DNA of 64,000 bases from IMG/VR virus record IMGVR_UViG_3300020048_000044, positions 57,734 to 121,733 of that record; one strand, 5' to 3'. Position numbers and translations under genes: made by a program. A model generated the notes under the pieces. It searched no databases. It worked only from the letters and a program-made list of their open reading frames with translations, and was not told the origin of the DNA. Shown one piece after another: positions 26,767 to 36,688 of this stretch; positions within the stretch are counted from its first letter, which is position 1, and each line of letters opens with the position of its first letter. The DNA comes from a virus.

Positions 26767-27885
26767 ATTAGCATATTTTGCGGCTAGTTTTTCTTGTCTA
26801 TCTAGAACGTCTTGTTTTTCTTTATCGGATATTGAGAGTTCTTGTTTAGGTGTATTGTTAGCTATATCTTTTCTTTCTTTTTTAGCGGCTATTGTTGGTG
26901 ACATTTTTTCTTTGGATATATTAGGTCCTTTTTTATCTAGATATGTTGTTTTATCTGTTGTATTAACGTAGTTACTTTGTTTAATATATTTAACTTCGGC
27001 TAAAGAATTAAGTTTTTCTTTAATCAAGCTTTTCATATTTTCGTTTATTGATACGATTTCATCGTATGCTTTATTTTTGAATGAATCTAGTTGGTCCATG
27101 AAAGGTGTTCTACGAAGTGTTTTGAACACTATATTTTCTAAGCTAAATTCTCCACCACTTTCTAGGCCAGCGTTTCTCATTTGTTTTATTTTATGTTTAA
27201 GGTGTGTTGCCATTTTGAGAACTAGTTTATAGTCATTATTGACGTAAGCTTTTTTAATGCTTCTAAGTTGGTTAACGAATAGCTTAGCTTTACGTTTAAC
27301 GGCATCTTTATCTAGCTTAAACTTTTCATGTTTTGGAATTATCAACCATTTATCGTTAAGTATTGAGTATATTGCTGATGAAATATGCTTTGCGTGTTTA
27401 TCTTGGATATACATTTCCACTGGGTATCCGAATATTTTGATATCATGGTCGATGCTCCAAGTTGTTTTTTTCTCACGGAAGAAGTCTTGAATCATTTGGG
27501 GGTCACCATCGATTAGTTTAAAGTCTATTATAATATGGAGGTCGATATCAGAGAACTTAGACCAATTGAAGTTAGCAAGGGAGCCAGTGAAGATAATATC
27601 TTTAATTTGGACTTCAGAAGGAAGTTCAAGGTCGGTATAGAAATCGGTAGCTATTTTAAGTAGTTTATCTTTAACCTTAGGGTTAAGGACACCCTCTATC
27701 CATATTTGTGGATTAAGGGTATCTTTAATTTTAAAGCTATCGAGTACATCTTTAGGTATTATGATTTCTTTAGTGATATTATCATCGAGTGAATTATCAA
27801 TTTCATCAATTTCGTCCAATACTCTTTTTGGTTGAATTGGTTGATATGATTCATTAAGTTCTATTTTATTAATTAAAAATTTCAT
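26752..27885 (-). CDS. Pol-beta-superfamily nucleotidyltransferase
   Basis: FTGSLANFNW..SDIDLHI, GYPVEMYIQ, GEFSLENIVFK.LR. Confidence 0.8.
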   Translation of the reverse strand: MKFLINKIELNESYQPIQPKRVLDEIDEIDNSLDDNITKEIIIPKDVLDSFKIKDTLNPQIWIEGVLNPKVKDKLLKIATDFYTDLELPSEVQIKDIIFTGSLANFNWSKFSDIDLHIIIDFKLIDGDPQMIQDFFREKKTTWSIDHDIKIFGYPVEMYIQDKHAKHISSAIYSILNDKWLIIPKHEKFKLDKDAVKRKAKLFVNQLRSIKKAYVNNDYKLVLKMATHLKHKIKQMRNAGLESGGEFSLENIVFKTLRRTPFMDQLDSFKNKAYDEIVSINENMKSLIKEKLNSLAEVKYIKQSNYVNTTDKTTYLDKKGPNISKEKMSPTIAAKKERKDIANNTPKQELSISDKEKQDVLDRQEKLAAKYANKKRG

Positions 27886-27959
27886 TTGGTATAAAGTTTT
27901 TTATATAAATATTTGGAATTGTCGATTAGTTTTCATACCTTTGTATAAAATAATAGATT

Positions 27960-28277
27960 ATGAGTGAAATAACAAAATTATACCGATATGTACGAGGTAG
28001 TCGTGAATTCAATACCATTTATTTAGATGAATATAGTATTGTAAAGGAGACACCTAAAGGTTATCGAATTAGTGTTCACACTAAAGGTGATAGGTTAGTA
28101 TTAAAAGAGGGTCGAAAGCGATTTGCACATGAGACACCAGAATTGGCGTTGGAGAGTTTTATTTTAAGAACTCAAAAATGTCTTAAGATACAGCAAGGGT
28201 TAGCTGATTTAACCAAAGGTTTTTTACACACAGCAATTAAATTAAAAGAAACATGGGACTTACAAGTGAAGAAATAA
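27960..28277 (+). CDS. hypothetical protein
   Basis: Host-type promoter TACCTTTG at 27936. Confidence 0.75.
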   Translation: MSEITKLYRYVRGSREFNTIYLDEYSIVKETPKGYRISVHTKGDRLVLKEGRKRFAHETPELALESFILRTQKCLKIQQGLADLTKGFLHTAIKLKETWDLQVKK

Positions 28278-28666
28278 AAGAAGGTAATGAATTAATTGTT
28301 AGGTTCTTAGGGTGGGAATATCAGCCAAGCACCAGTAATAATTTTCCCAGTGGCACTTGGTATGATGGTCATGTTGGTCATTGTGCTGATAATGGTTTAA
28401 GGTGGCATAAGTCATGGGATTGGGTTTTTCCAGTAATAACTAAAATCAATGGATTAGGCAAGGAATATAGCTTTGCAATTTTTAAGACTTACGTATCGTT
28501 GACTGTAGAGAAGGGTGGTAAGTTTTACAAGGATTTTAGTTATGCTTATTCGGAGTATATAACATCTGAGCAGACTGCATTGGAGGCGGCATTTAAGATG
28601 GTTGTCAGATATATTAAATGGCATAATGAAAATATTTTAATAAAAGTTTTGGATTTGTCAAAATAA
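28253..28666 (+). CDS. hypothetical protein
   Basis: WHKSWDWVFPVITKI motif. Confidence 0.8.
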   Translation: MGLTSEEIKEGNELIVRFLGWEYQPSTSNNFPSGTWYDGHVGHCADNGLRWHKSWDWVFPVITKINGLGKEYSFAIFKTYVSLTVEKGGKFYKDFSYAYSEYITSEQTALEAAFKMVVRYIKWHNENILIKVLDLSK

Positions 28667-28711
28667 ATTCATACCTTTGTAATTCAATATTATTAACTTA
28701 AAAACAAACAA

Positions 28712-29251
28712 ATGAAAAAATTATTCTTTTTTGCGGTGGCTTGCGTTATAGCCTTATCAAGTTGCGACAATCATAATGGTCGTGTTTATGTAAATGACAA
28801 TAACACAGGTGATGTTATTGTAACCCCAGAGGTAGCTAACCTCGGTGATGATTTAAACTTACAAGCTTTGGGTGAAATGGTTAAGTCCAGTCAGAATGCT
28901 GAAGACTTAGAGAACAAATTAAATCAGCCAAATTCAATCAACAATTTAGACTTAGATGGAAATGGTAGTGTTGATTACATCAATGTAACCGAATATGGCC
29001 AAGATGCGTCTAGAGGTTTTTCTTTTACGGTAGATTTAGGCAATGGTCAGAAGCAAGAGATTGCAACGATTGAAATGCAGAAGGGTCAAGGTGACCAAGC
29101 AATAATGAACATTAATGGCAACCAGAATTTATATGGTAATAATGGCTATTATTCTTCAAGTTATTTAATGCGTGATTTATTAATATGGCATTATTTATAT
29201 CAGCCGCATCCATATTATGCAAGTAGTAAACCTATACGCAAAGTATTTTGA
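28712..29251 (+). CDS. Bacteroidota-type lipoprotein
   Basis: MKKLFF..ALSS-C; Ca-binding-like DLDGNGSVDY. Confidence 0.7.
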   Translation: MKKLFFFAVACVIALSSCDNHNGRVYVNDNNTGDVIVTPEVANLGDDLNLQALGEMVKSSQNAEDLENKLNQPNSINNLDLDGNGSVDYINVTEYGQDASRGFSFTVDLGNGQKQEIATIEMQKGQGDQAIMNINGNQNLYGNNGYYSSSYLMRDLLIWHYLYQPHPYYASSKPIRKVF

Positions 29252-29261
29252 TTACTTAAAA

Positions 29262-29834
29262 ATGTATGACATATATTGTGCTGTAGATTTGGATAAGGGT
29301 GAGTTTGCATTTTCAAGCATCAATAATGATTGGACTGATGAACAATGGTTTAACTTCCTTGGTAACGAAAGATTTAGTGATGTTCGTGTTGCTGTTGCTG
29401 AGTTCAAGGGTCTTAATCCAGTGGAGATTGTTTTCTTATCATTTCTAAATGAGAACAGATTTGATTGTACCGCACCTAAATGGGAGGATAATTTAACTGC
29501 TGATGGAATTTGGAGAGAGATTGAAGAAATATGTAATACAGCCATTTCAGCTGATTATTTGAAAGAAGGTGGTGTTATTGAAGATGTTATCACCCAAGGT
29601 ACTGCCATAGCTTTAGAACTCATTAAATCGGCTACAGAAGCTATTAATAACGAAGCGGAAAGTGAAGCATATGATAATGGGGATATGTATGAAGAAACAA
29701 CTGAAACTACAACGACTACTGAGTATGTTGATATTGTAGAGGAGCCATATTACGGGTATGATTATTGGGACCCATATTACGACCCATATTATGTATCACC
29801 GTTATGGATTGTTCCAGTAGTATTATTATTTTAA
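29262..29834 (+). CDS. protein with Tyr/Pro-rich tail and C-terminal hydrophobic anchor
   Basis: Start 29262 preferred over 29217; tail YYDPYYVSPLWIVPVVLLF. Confidence 0.7.
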   Translation: MYDIYCAVDLDKGEFAFSSINNDWTDEQWFNFLGNERFSDVRVAVAEFKGLNPVEIVFLSFLNENRFDCTAPKWEDNLTADGIWREIEEICNTAISADYLKEGGVIEDVITQGTAIALELIKSATEAINNEAESEAYDNGDMYEETTETTTTTEYVDIVEEPYYGYDYWDPYYDPYYVSPLWIVPVVLLF

Positions 29835-29837
29835 AAC

Positions 29838-29869
29838 AAAAGACCGCTTATTTAGGCGGTCTTTTTTTT
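29838..29869. terminator. bidirectional terminator
   Basis: AAAAGACCGC..GCGGTCTTTT between convergent genes. Confidence 0.8.
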
Positions 29870-30453
29870 GGTTTAGTTGTAGTAATTTTAGGGGTTGTAG
29901 CTTTGGTTGTTGTTTTTTTCTTTTTACGTTTCTTTTTATATTTTTTAACAACAAATTTACGTGTTCCAGTTTCTTTGATTTTAATGCAATATGGTTCTTC
30001 TTTTAACAAAGTTATATCAAGCATCCATTCGTATTTAGAACGTTCTCTATGGAGCTCAAAAGAGGCTAAAACGTGGTCATTTATATCATCGATATCCCAT
30101 TTATTAATCTTAGCTAATTGGTGGAAGCAAACTGATTGTTTTCCGATAGCTATTGCACGGCCAAGATGTTTAACTTGGTGGCAAGTTGGGCAAAGGGAAA
30201 TAAGACCTACTAGCTTTTGTATATGGTTAACATCGTCATATTCCCATATTTCATGACATTCGACATCGTGTGGGTATCCTTGTTGTTTACCAGTTTCACC
30301 ACATATTTCACACTTATGGCCAGCGGCTTCGTATGATATATGTCTAATCTTATCCCATTCTATTGGTTTTACGGTTGTTCTAACGTTTGAGAAATGGCAA
30401 GTGCTTGGGACTAGTTCTACAGTTAGTTTAGGTTTTTTAGACTTCAGTGACAT
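29848..30453 (-). CDS. HNH-type nuclease with basic tail
   Basis: CEICG..ECHEIW..LCPTCHQVKH; K-rich C-terminus. Confidence 0.75.
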   Translation of the reverse strand: MSLKSKKPKLTVELVPSTCHFSNVRTTVKPIEWDKIRHISYEAAGHKCEICGETGKQQGYPHDVECHEIWEYDDVNHIQKLVGLISLCPTCHQVKHLGRAIAIGKQSVCFHQLAKINKWDIDDINDHVLASFELHRERSKYEWMLDITLLKEEPYCIKIKETGTRKFVVKKYKKKRKKKKTTTKATTPKITTTKPKKRPPK

Positions 30454-30895
30454 AGAACCATTTTTTAAATTCTTTTCTGTTTATTAGGTATCCATGGGTT
30501 TCGGACCCATGGTCACCAGCATCTTTGAATACTGGGAAATCATTTTCTGTGATAAGCATTTTAAGTTGGTCTGATTTGATGAACCATAGTTCTCTAAGGT
30601 AGATAAAATATGTAACGAACCAATCGGCTTGTGTAACTTCTATACCAGAGGGTTTTTTCCTAGAGGAAAATTCTATAAAGATATTTCCAGTATCGAATAG
30701 TAGAGCTACCTTGACATCGGTTTTAACTTCGTAAGTGATTTCATTACTACCAACATTAGTAGCCATTTTGATATCATATTTATTATCATTATTTGATGAG
30801 ACGTATGTTAATCCTTTGGTTTCAAGGAATTTAACAATTGCTTGTTCACCTTGATTTCCTAGGATTAGGTCTTGTCTAAAATTTAAATTTGCCAT
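30437..30895 (-). CDS. PD-(D/E)XK (restriction-endonuclease fold) nuclease
   Basis: GE..I..KYDI..YEVKTD..TGNIFIEF..SGI..ADWF. Confidence 0.7.
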   Translation of the reverse strand: MANLNFRQDLILGNQGEQAIVKFLETKGLTYVSSNNDNKYDIKMATNVGSNEITYEVKTDVKVALLFDTGNIFIEFSSRKKPSGIEVTQADWFVTYFIYLRELWFIKSDQLKMLITENDFPVFKDAGDHGSETHGYLINRKEFKKWFYVTEV

Positions 30896-30950
30896 TTATA
30901 AATATACTATTTAATTTTGTAATAATCAACAATATTTATAAATAAAAGAT

Positions 30951-31400
30951 ATGAAAATTAGAATAACTGAGGACCAAGCTAAAAGGCTTAATATTGGTCA
31001 ACCGTCAAATCCATTAGAATCTTTTAAAAAAGGTTGTGAGATTGCAAACAAGCAATTAAACCATGTTTTTCTTATAGTTTCAACATATACCAACGATGAA
31101 ATATTGAATGGTGAATTGGATGTTCATGCTTACGAGATGAAGGTATTTGGTATAAGTGATGACGTACATGTTTTATATATGGGAGCGTATGATTATTTGG
31201 ATACATTACCCGAAAACGAGTTAGATAGAGTTATTGATGATTTGAAGGACAGTGTTGATAAGAAGTTAATGTTTTTAGAGAAGTTTTTAGATACTTGCGG
31301 TAAGTTGGAGGAGAAACCGAATTTAGGTGGTGTTTTAGATAAATTAAGAGAAACCAATTTATTTGATGATATTGAGTCTATTGATATTACTAATAATTAA
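30951..31400 (+). CDS. late hypothetical protein with MKIRITE leader
   Basis: TATTTATA upstream at 30933. Confidence 0.75.
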   Translation: MKIRITEDQAKRLNIGQPSNPLESFKKGCEIANKQLNHVFLIVSTYTNDEILNGELDVHAYEMKVFGISDDVHVLYMGAYDYLDTLPENELDRVIDDLKDSVDKKLMFLEKFLDTCGKLEEKPNLGGVLDKLRETNLFDDIESIDITNN

Positions 31401-31467
31401 AATTTTTAAGAAAAAATTTGGAATTTAGGATTATTTGTTGTACCTTTGATAAATAAACTAAATAGTC

Positions 31468-32055
31468 ATGAAAAAAATTACAACAAATTTCTTAAGATTA
31501 TTAGCGATAGTTATAATCTTATCATCGTGTCAAAAGGAGTTCGATTACCCTACAAACAGATATGCCGATGCAACTATTGTTGATGGTGATACTGTCGGTA
31601 GATGGGGAACCTTCATTGTTGTTGATGCGGTTATGTATGTTGAGAACTTAGAGACTGGTGAAAAGAAAGTATATCAACATTTTAGTCCAACCAAGCGTAT
31701 TTCTAGCTTAAGGTGGGAAGGCAGTATATATCCAATAGAAACCATAATTAAAGATTCTACAACATATACATTTTACAGACCACGTGGTAGTTATGGTAAT
31801 TTTGTATTGAATAGTGATACAAGCCAGCATTATAATGTTTATTATAAGGGTATGTATTCTACAATCATTGAGGACCCAGTATATGGGATGCAGCAGCAGA
31901 TGATGGGTGGCTCAGCTAGGCCATTTAGTTGTCAAGTATGGGATTCTAAGGAAAAGACTATAGCGATGCAGATACAGGAGACGGCTGATAATATAGATGG
32001 TTATAATGTAAGATATTGGACGCAATTAAAATTGAAAAAGATAGTTGAGTTTTAA
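31468..32055 (+). CDS. lipoprotein
   Basis: ILSS-CQKE; host-type promoter at 31441. Confidence 0.75.
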   Translation: MKKITTNFLRLLAIVIILSSCQKEFDYPTNRYADATIVDGDTVGRWGTFIVVDAVMYVENLETGEKKVYQHFSPTKRISSLRWEGSIYPIETIIKDSTTYTFYRPRGSYGNFVLNSDTSQHYNVYYKGMYSTIIEDPVYGMQQQMMGGSARPFSCQVWDSKEKTIAMQIQETADNIDGYNVRYWTQLKLKKIVEF

Positions 32056-32312
32056 TTTAGCTTAAGGAATTCTTTAACAACATTTCTAGCTATCAATTCG
32101 TTACAAGTAAATACCTTGGTCATTATTTGTGTTAGTATTTGTATAATTGGTGGTTGGTTTGATATATTAATATCTGTTTTATTAAGGAAGTAGATACTAC
32201 CATTATCAAGCAATATTCCACGTTTAAAACGCATATTTTGTTTAAATCTAGATACTGGATAGTTTCTTTGTAGAAATTTAAGCATCATTTGTTTATCGAT
32301 ATCGTTAATCAT
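32052..32312 (-). CDS. hypothetical protein
   Basis: Shares FL.R.YP with 32658-32909. Confidence 0.65.
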   Translation of the reverse strand: MINDIDKQMMLKFLQRNYPVSRFKQNMRFKRGILLDNGSIYFLNKTDINISNQPPIIQILTQIMTKVFTCNELIARNVVKEFLKLN

Positions 32313-32343
32313 AGTTTCAGTTTAATATAAATATTTTAAAAAA

Positions 32344-32661
32344 ATGAATTCATTAGATAACTTTATATATTTGACAATATGTGAAGCATCATTAGATTGT
32401 TTCGATAAAAATCAGTTTAAATCATTTAAAACATATTCATCATATTGTTCAAACATGAATTTATCATTAAAAGATGGTAAATTAAATAAGCGTGAAATGA
32501 CTGATATAATGGAAATTATGGATATATTGGATAAGATTTATTCTATGACAATAGATGAAAATGGTTTTTACATAGCTAAGTATTTCGCCACTTGTGATTT
32601 TGAGTTATTCGAAAAGAATGTTCGTTTGACTAGAATTTGTTTTCCACATTCTAATGGTTAA
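32344..32661 (+). CDS. hypothetical protein
   Basis: Fills the gap between - strand genes. Confidence 0.55.
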   Translation: MNSLDNFIYLTICEASLDCFDKNQFKSFKTYSSYCSNMNLSLKDGKLNKREMTDIMEIMDILDKIYSMTIDENGFYIAKYFATCDFELFEKNVRLTRICFPHSNG

Positions 32662-32909
32662 TATAATGATTTAACTCGTATTTGGCCTTTAAGATATAGT
32701 TTTTTTTTCATTTCAAGGAATCCGATTATAGTAGTTTTGATAATATGCTCAGAAATAGCTGGATAGAATATTTGTTTAATTAATGGTGTTACTCGTTGAA
32801 TTGCGGTATTAGGGCTTCTAACGTTACCACATACATATAAATAAATGACTGGGTGGTCATTTGGGTATTCTCTATCTAAAAAAGACCAAATTAAAGTTGA
32901 ATCGCTCAT
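32658..32909 (-). CDS. hypothetical protein
   Basis: FLDREYP motif. Confidence 0.65.
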   Translation of the reverse strand: MSDSTLIWSFLDREYPNDHPVIYLYVCGNVRSPNTAIQRVTPLIKQIFYPAISEHIIKTTIIGFLEMKKKLYLKGQIRVKSLY

Positions 32910-32968
32910 TTATTTTTAATTGTTTTTTATTATATTTATAAATATAAATAAAATAAAAATTTAAGTAA

Positions 32969-33280
32969 ATGATGATAGAGATAACCGATGCGAATTTCGC
33001 AGAAATAGTAGATGCAAAAGACATAACAGTAATTGATTTTTTTGCAGAATGGTGTGGCCCATGTAAGATGTTAACACCAGTAATTGAAAATATTGCCAAA
33101 AATAACAATGATATAACCGTTGGTAAGATTGATATTGATGCTAATAGGACCATTACTAATCAATATGGTATTAGAAGTGTACCAACGATTGTATTCATGA
33201 AGAATGGAATATTAGCTGATAAGCTTGTTGGCGTAAAAAGCATACATGAAATTCAAGCTAAGATTGATTCTTTGAAATAA
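32969..33280 (+). CDS. trxA: thioredoxin
   Basis: DFFAEWCGPCK; IRSVPT. Confidence 0.95.
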   Translation: MMIEITDANFAEIVDAKDITVIDFFAEWCGPCKMLTPVIENIAKNNNDITVGKIDIDANRTITNQYGIRSVPTIVFMKNGILADKLVGVKSIHEIQAKIDSLK

Positions 33281-33297
33281 TCAAAATATTTATTAGT

Positions 33298-33639
33298 ATG
33301 AAAAAGAAACTTATTATTACGGAGTCTCAAATGGCCCGTTTAAAGAAAAATATCATGACAGAAAGTACTCATTCTTCAATGGTTAAGAGAATCAAGGAAG
33401 AATTAGATGCTAACTACTTGAAAACTGAAAAGTTTGTTAAAGAGGGTGGTGATTATCATAGTAGTTTAATGTTTGAGATTAAGGCTGATGGTGAAGTAAT
33501 TTCGGCTGAAGCATTATGTGAATATTTGACTAGGAAATATAAAACCAAAGAGGATTTTACACAACAAGTAATAAAAGACTGGGTTGATGGGAAGATAAGC
33601 GAACATGGTATGTTAAGCAAAAATGTTACACCATTTTAA
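33298..33639 (+). CDS. late hypothetical protein with KKLIITESQ leader
   Basis: TATTTAT upstream at 33287. Confidence 0.8.
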   Translation: MKKKLIITESQMARLKKNIMTESTHSSMVKRIKEELDANYLKTEKFVKEGGDYHSSLMFEIKADGEVISAEALCEYLTRKYKTKEDFTQQVIKDWVDGKISEHGMLSKNVTPF

Positions 33640-33643
33640 TGAA

Positions 33644-33967
33644 ATGAATATCAAGATTAAAATAAGACGAGCTTTAAAAGAGCAATATGGTGAGTTTATA
33701 ACTTATTTGGACCACAAGTATGAAAATAAATTGACTGAAAATCTTATTCTTGGTGATTTAGATAAAAAGATGGAATGGATTACTTATAATCAAGTAATAT
33801 TAGAATTAAAAAACTCATTAAAAAACAATCTAAAATTAAGGGAATTGCAGTATAAGTTAACCGATAATTCGGACCCAAATCAAGTGGTGATTGAGGTAAT
33901 CGAAGACATAAAAACGGAAACATCTGAGTTAGAGAGATTATATTATAAAATATCGAATTTTGCTTAA
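33644..33967 (+). CDS. hypothetical protein, paralog of 34067-34408
   Basis: W.TYN.II.EL..YKLTD..PNQV. Confidence 0.75.
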   Translation: MNIKIKIRRALKEQYGEFITYLDHKYENKLTENLILGDLDKKMEWITYNQVILELKNSLKNNLKLRELQYKLTDNSDPNQVVIEVIEDIKTETSELERLYYKISNFA

Positions 33968-34066
33968 AAACCCTTATAAAATAAGGGTTTTTTATTTAGA
34001 AAAAATGGTTTATTCGGGTTTGAAATGATATTTATAGTTAAATAACATTTAATTTAAACTACACCT

Positions 34067-34408
34067 ATGGAAGCTAATAATTTTTTTATAAAAGCTGGTA
34101 GAGGTAAGAAAACTACACTAGATAAAGCATATTTTAAACACATAATAAATGTAATAGAAACGCTTGATGAGGAACAGGAAGAAAGATGGGAAACATACAA
34201 TGTTATCATTCAAGAATTGATAAATCAAAACAAGGGAAATTATTTCGAAGAAATAAAATATAGATTAACTGATGGGGAAAATCCAAATGATGTTATTTTA
34301 GATATCATTGAAAAAGAGGTAGATGAAGTAACTGGATTAATTTGGATTCTCAAAAAAAGGGTTGAAGAATATAAAGATGAAGATTTAATGAGGCGTTTCT
34401 GTTTATAA
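34067..34408 (+). CDS. hypothetical protein, paralog of 33644-33967
   Basis: WETYNVIIQEL..YRLTDGENPNDV. Confidence 0.8.
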   Translation: MEANNFFIKAGRGKKTTLDKAYFKHIINVIETLDEEQEERWETYNVIIQELINQNKGNYFEEIKYRLTDGENPNDVILDIIEKEVDEVTGLIWILKKRVEEYKDEDLMRRFCL

Positions 34409-34458
34409 TACTTGTCTTATTCAAATATTTTTAGTATATTTGCAACAAAAGACAAAAT

Positions 34459-35919
34459 ATGAAAGAAATTGACATATCTGAGAGATTAGCATATCTAGCC
34501 GAAGAATTCGATGTTTTCGATTGTTCTGATAAAGAGGAACTTAAGACTAGGTTCGAAGAATTAACTGCTGATGGTTATCGTCCTGTGTTAATTTATAAGA
34601 ATCATGTCACACAAAACTTTTTAGATGTTTCCGATTTGACTGGTGTTATAGCCATTTATTCTGTTAAGCAGAATGAAAAAGAGAGGTTATTAAAAAAAGT
34701 TAGTGTTTGTTCTGATATTTTTTCGGAAATGATTTCAGCTGACCCAACGAAAAATAAGATGTATTTGCAATGGATGTTAAATTTATTTGCAAGACTAATC
34801 AAGGATGGTAAAGAACAGAATAAAGAAGCTGCAATACGTTTAGTTAGCGAGGATTTACCACAAGCTAATCAATACTTAACCTTATTTGATGAAAATAAGC
34901 GTAAGAAGAAGTTTAGTGAGTTGTGCAAGGGAAATTACACGTTAATGCATGTAACGGACCCAAGTGATATTAATCAATATAAATCGCTTGCACAATTATT
35001 TGATGTGGTTGACCCATTTATTGAAAAGGAACCAAGTGCATTAGAAAGAACTCTACAAAAGTTTGTAGATGCTGGCCAAGCAGTGATACCAGTAAAGGAT
35101 AGAAAGTTTACTGTATTTATACCAAAAACAAGAGATGCGAATGTAGCATTTGATAATTTTGCTAGTTGGTGTACAGCTAAAAAGGATAATGGGATGTTTA
35201 AGAGTTATACTGAAGGACATAAAAAGCCGAATGGTAAAAACTCTGATATTTATATTATTATCGACAATAGATTTTTCTCTGGTGAATCGGATGTATTATA
35301 TCAAATTCATTTTGAGTCTAATCAGATAAAAAATAGACAAAACGGTCAAAACATTAGTATTTTTGAGACTGTTTTATCTGAGAGTGAAGGCTTAACCAAT
35401 TTTTTCTATGAAGAATTAATGGGGATGGCCAAAGAGAATAAGAACGGATGGGAAAATAACAAGTATTTGGATTTTCTAATTCAATTTGGATTTGCTGAGA
35501 GCTTATTTGAATTGATGGATGAACAAACACCATTAATAAGATTTATGACAAGAGAAATACCAAGATTACCAGACATTAGTAGATTTAAAAAGCTAGACCA
35601 GTTAATTATAACTGGTGCGAAGCTAGTTGAATTACATCCGTCTATTGGTAAATTGGCCAGTCTAGAGATGCTTGTGCTTTCGGATAATCGAATTAAAGAA
35701 TTACCGAAAGAGATTGGCAATCTTAAAAATCTAACATTTTTAAATCTAACGGGGAATCCTATTAAGAGTTTTCCAGAGGAAATTAAATATTTAGATAAAA
35801 GCAACGGTGGGTCGCTATATAGACTCGGTGTTAAAGAAGGAGATATAGGTGAAGATAACTATAAGAAATTGAAAGCGTTATTACCAAAAACGTTACCATT
35901 TTCTGAAGAAAAATCTTAA
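34459..35919 (+). CDS. protein with C-terminal leucine-rich repeats
   Basis: About four LxxLxLxxNxLxxLP repeats; central SWCT motif; promoter TATATTTG at ~34436. Confidence 0.8.
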   Translation: MKEIDISERLAYLAEEFDVFDCSDKEELKTRFEELTADGYRPVLIYKNHVTQNFLDVSDLTGVIAIYSVKQNEKERLLKKVSVCSDIFSEMISADPTKNKMYLQWMLNLFARLIKDGKEQNKEAAIRLVSEDLPQANQYLTLFDENKRKKKFSELCKGNYTLMHVTDPSDINQYKSLAQLFDVVDPFIEKEPSALERTLQKFVDAGQAVIPVKDRKFTVFIPKTRDANVAFDNFASWCTAKKDNGMFKSYTEGHKKPNGKNSDIYIIIDNRFFSGESDVLYQIHFESNQIKNRQNGQNISIFETVLSESEGLTNFFYEELMGMAKENKNGWENNKYLDFLIQFGFAESLFELMDEQTPLIRFMTREIPRLPDISRFKKLDQLIITGAKLVELHPSIGKLASLEMLVLSDNRIKELPKEIGNLKNLTFLNLTGNPIKSFPEEIKYLDKSNGGSLYRLGVKEGDIGEDNYKKLKALLPKTLPFSEEKS

Positions 35920-35956
35920 ACTAAGGGCTCCAATTGGGGCCCTTTTTTATTATAAT

Positions 35957-36487
35957 ATGTTTTTAAAATTGAAAAAGATGAAATGGAAAAGAAACAACAA
36001 AGTTATTGAAGAACCAATAACTGAGTATTTAGAAAAGTTATTCGATGAAGAATTAGCTAAAGGAAACAAAATCAAGGTATCTGTCGGTACTGACTCTCAA
36101 AAAGACACAAAATCAAGCTATAAATTTGCTACTGTTATTTTAATATCAACTAGTGAAGATTTAGGTAGTGGTGTTGTTGTTGGTCGTGGTGGTATGATTG
36201 TGGCCGCAACATATTTCCACACATTTAAACAAAGAGATAAAGAGTTGGTAAATGAAAGAATGTTATTTGAGGTAGGGAAATCAATTGAGGTTGCTTATGA
36301 AATAGCACCATTATTGGACCTATACGACATCAAATTAGAAATACATGCGGATATTAACCCAGACCCAATACATGATTCTAATAAAGCTTTACAACAAGCG
36401 GTAGGTTATATTCTTGGAATGGGTTATGAATTCAAGATAAAACCTAATGCACCAGCATCATCAAATTGTGCTGATAAATTATGTTAA
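35957..36487 (+). CDS. YkuK/DUF458-family RNase H-like protein
   Basis: VSVGTDSQ..FATVI..RM..EV.KSI..EIHADIN..KP.A.ASS..AD; start may be 35978. Confidence 0.85.
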   Translation: MFLKLKKMKWKRNNKVIEEPITEYLEKLFDEELAKGNKIKVSVGTDSQKDTKSSYKFATVILISTSEDLGSGVVVGRGGMIVAATYFHTFKQRDKELVNERMLFEVGKSIEVAYEIAPLLDLYDIKLEIHADINPDPIHDSNKALQQAVGYILGMGYEFKIKPNAPASSNCADKLC

Positions 36488-36533
36488 ATATTTATTTTAT
36501 GTGTTGAGTTTATATTTATAATAAACTCAACAC

Positions 36534-36686
36534 ATGAAAAGATATGCTCTAAAAACTAAAACTGGTGAAAAATTAGATTCAACAATTGCTACCGATTCAT
36601 TGGATGCGGCTGTTTATTTCTCATTAAGAAAAAAACTAGAACTAAATGATTTACTTGATATATTTATAATAGAAGAAATATTTTAA
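36534..36686 (+). CDS. 50-aa protein (not in ORF track)
   Basis: TATTTATA upstream at 36513. Confidence 0.55.
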   Translation: MKRYALKTKTGEKLDSTIATDSLDAAVYFSLRKKLELNDLLDIFIIEEIF

Positions 36687-36688
36687 CC

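Noticed and set aside
29217-29262. Apparent chimeric junction between the lipoprotein and the next ORF
   Set aside because: An A-rich ATG at 29262, just after the 29251 stop, gives a normal gene arrangement.
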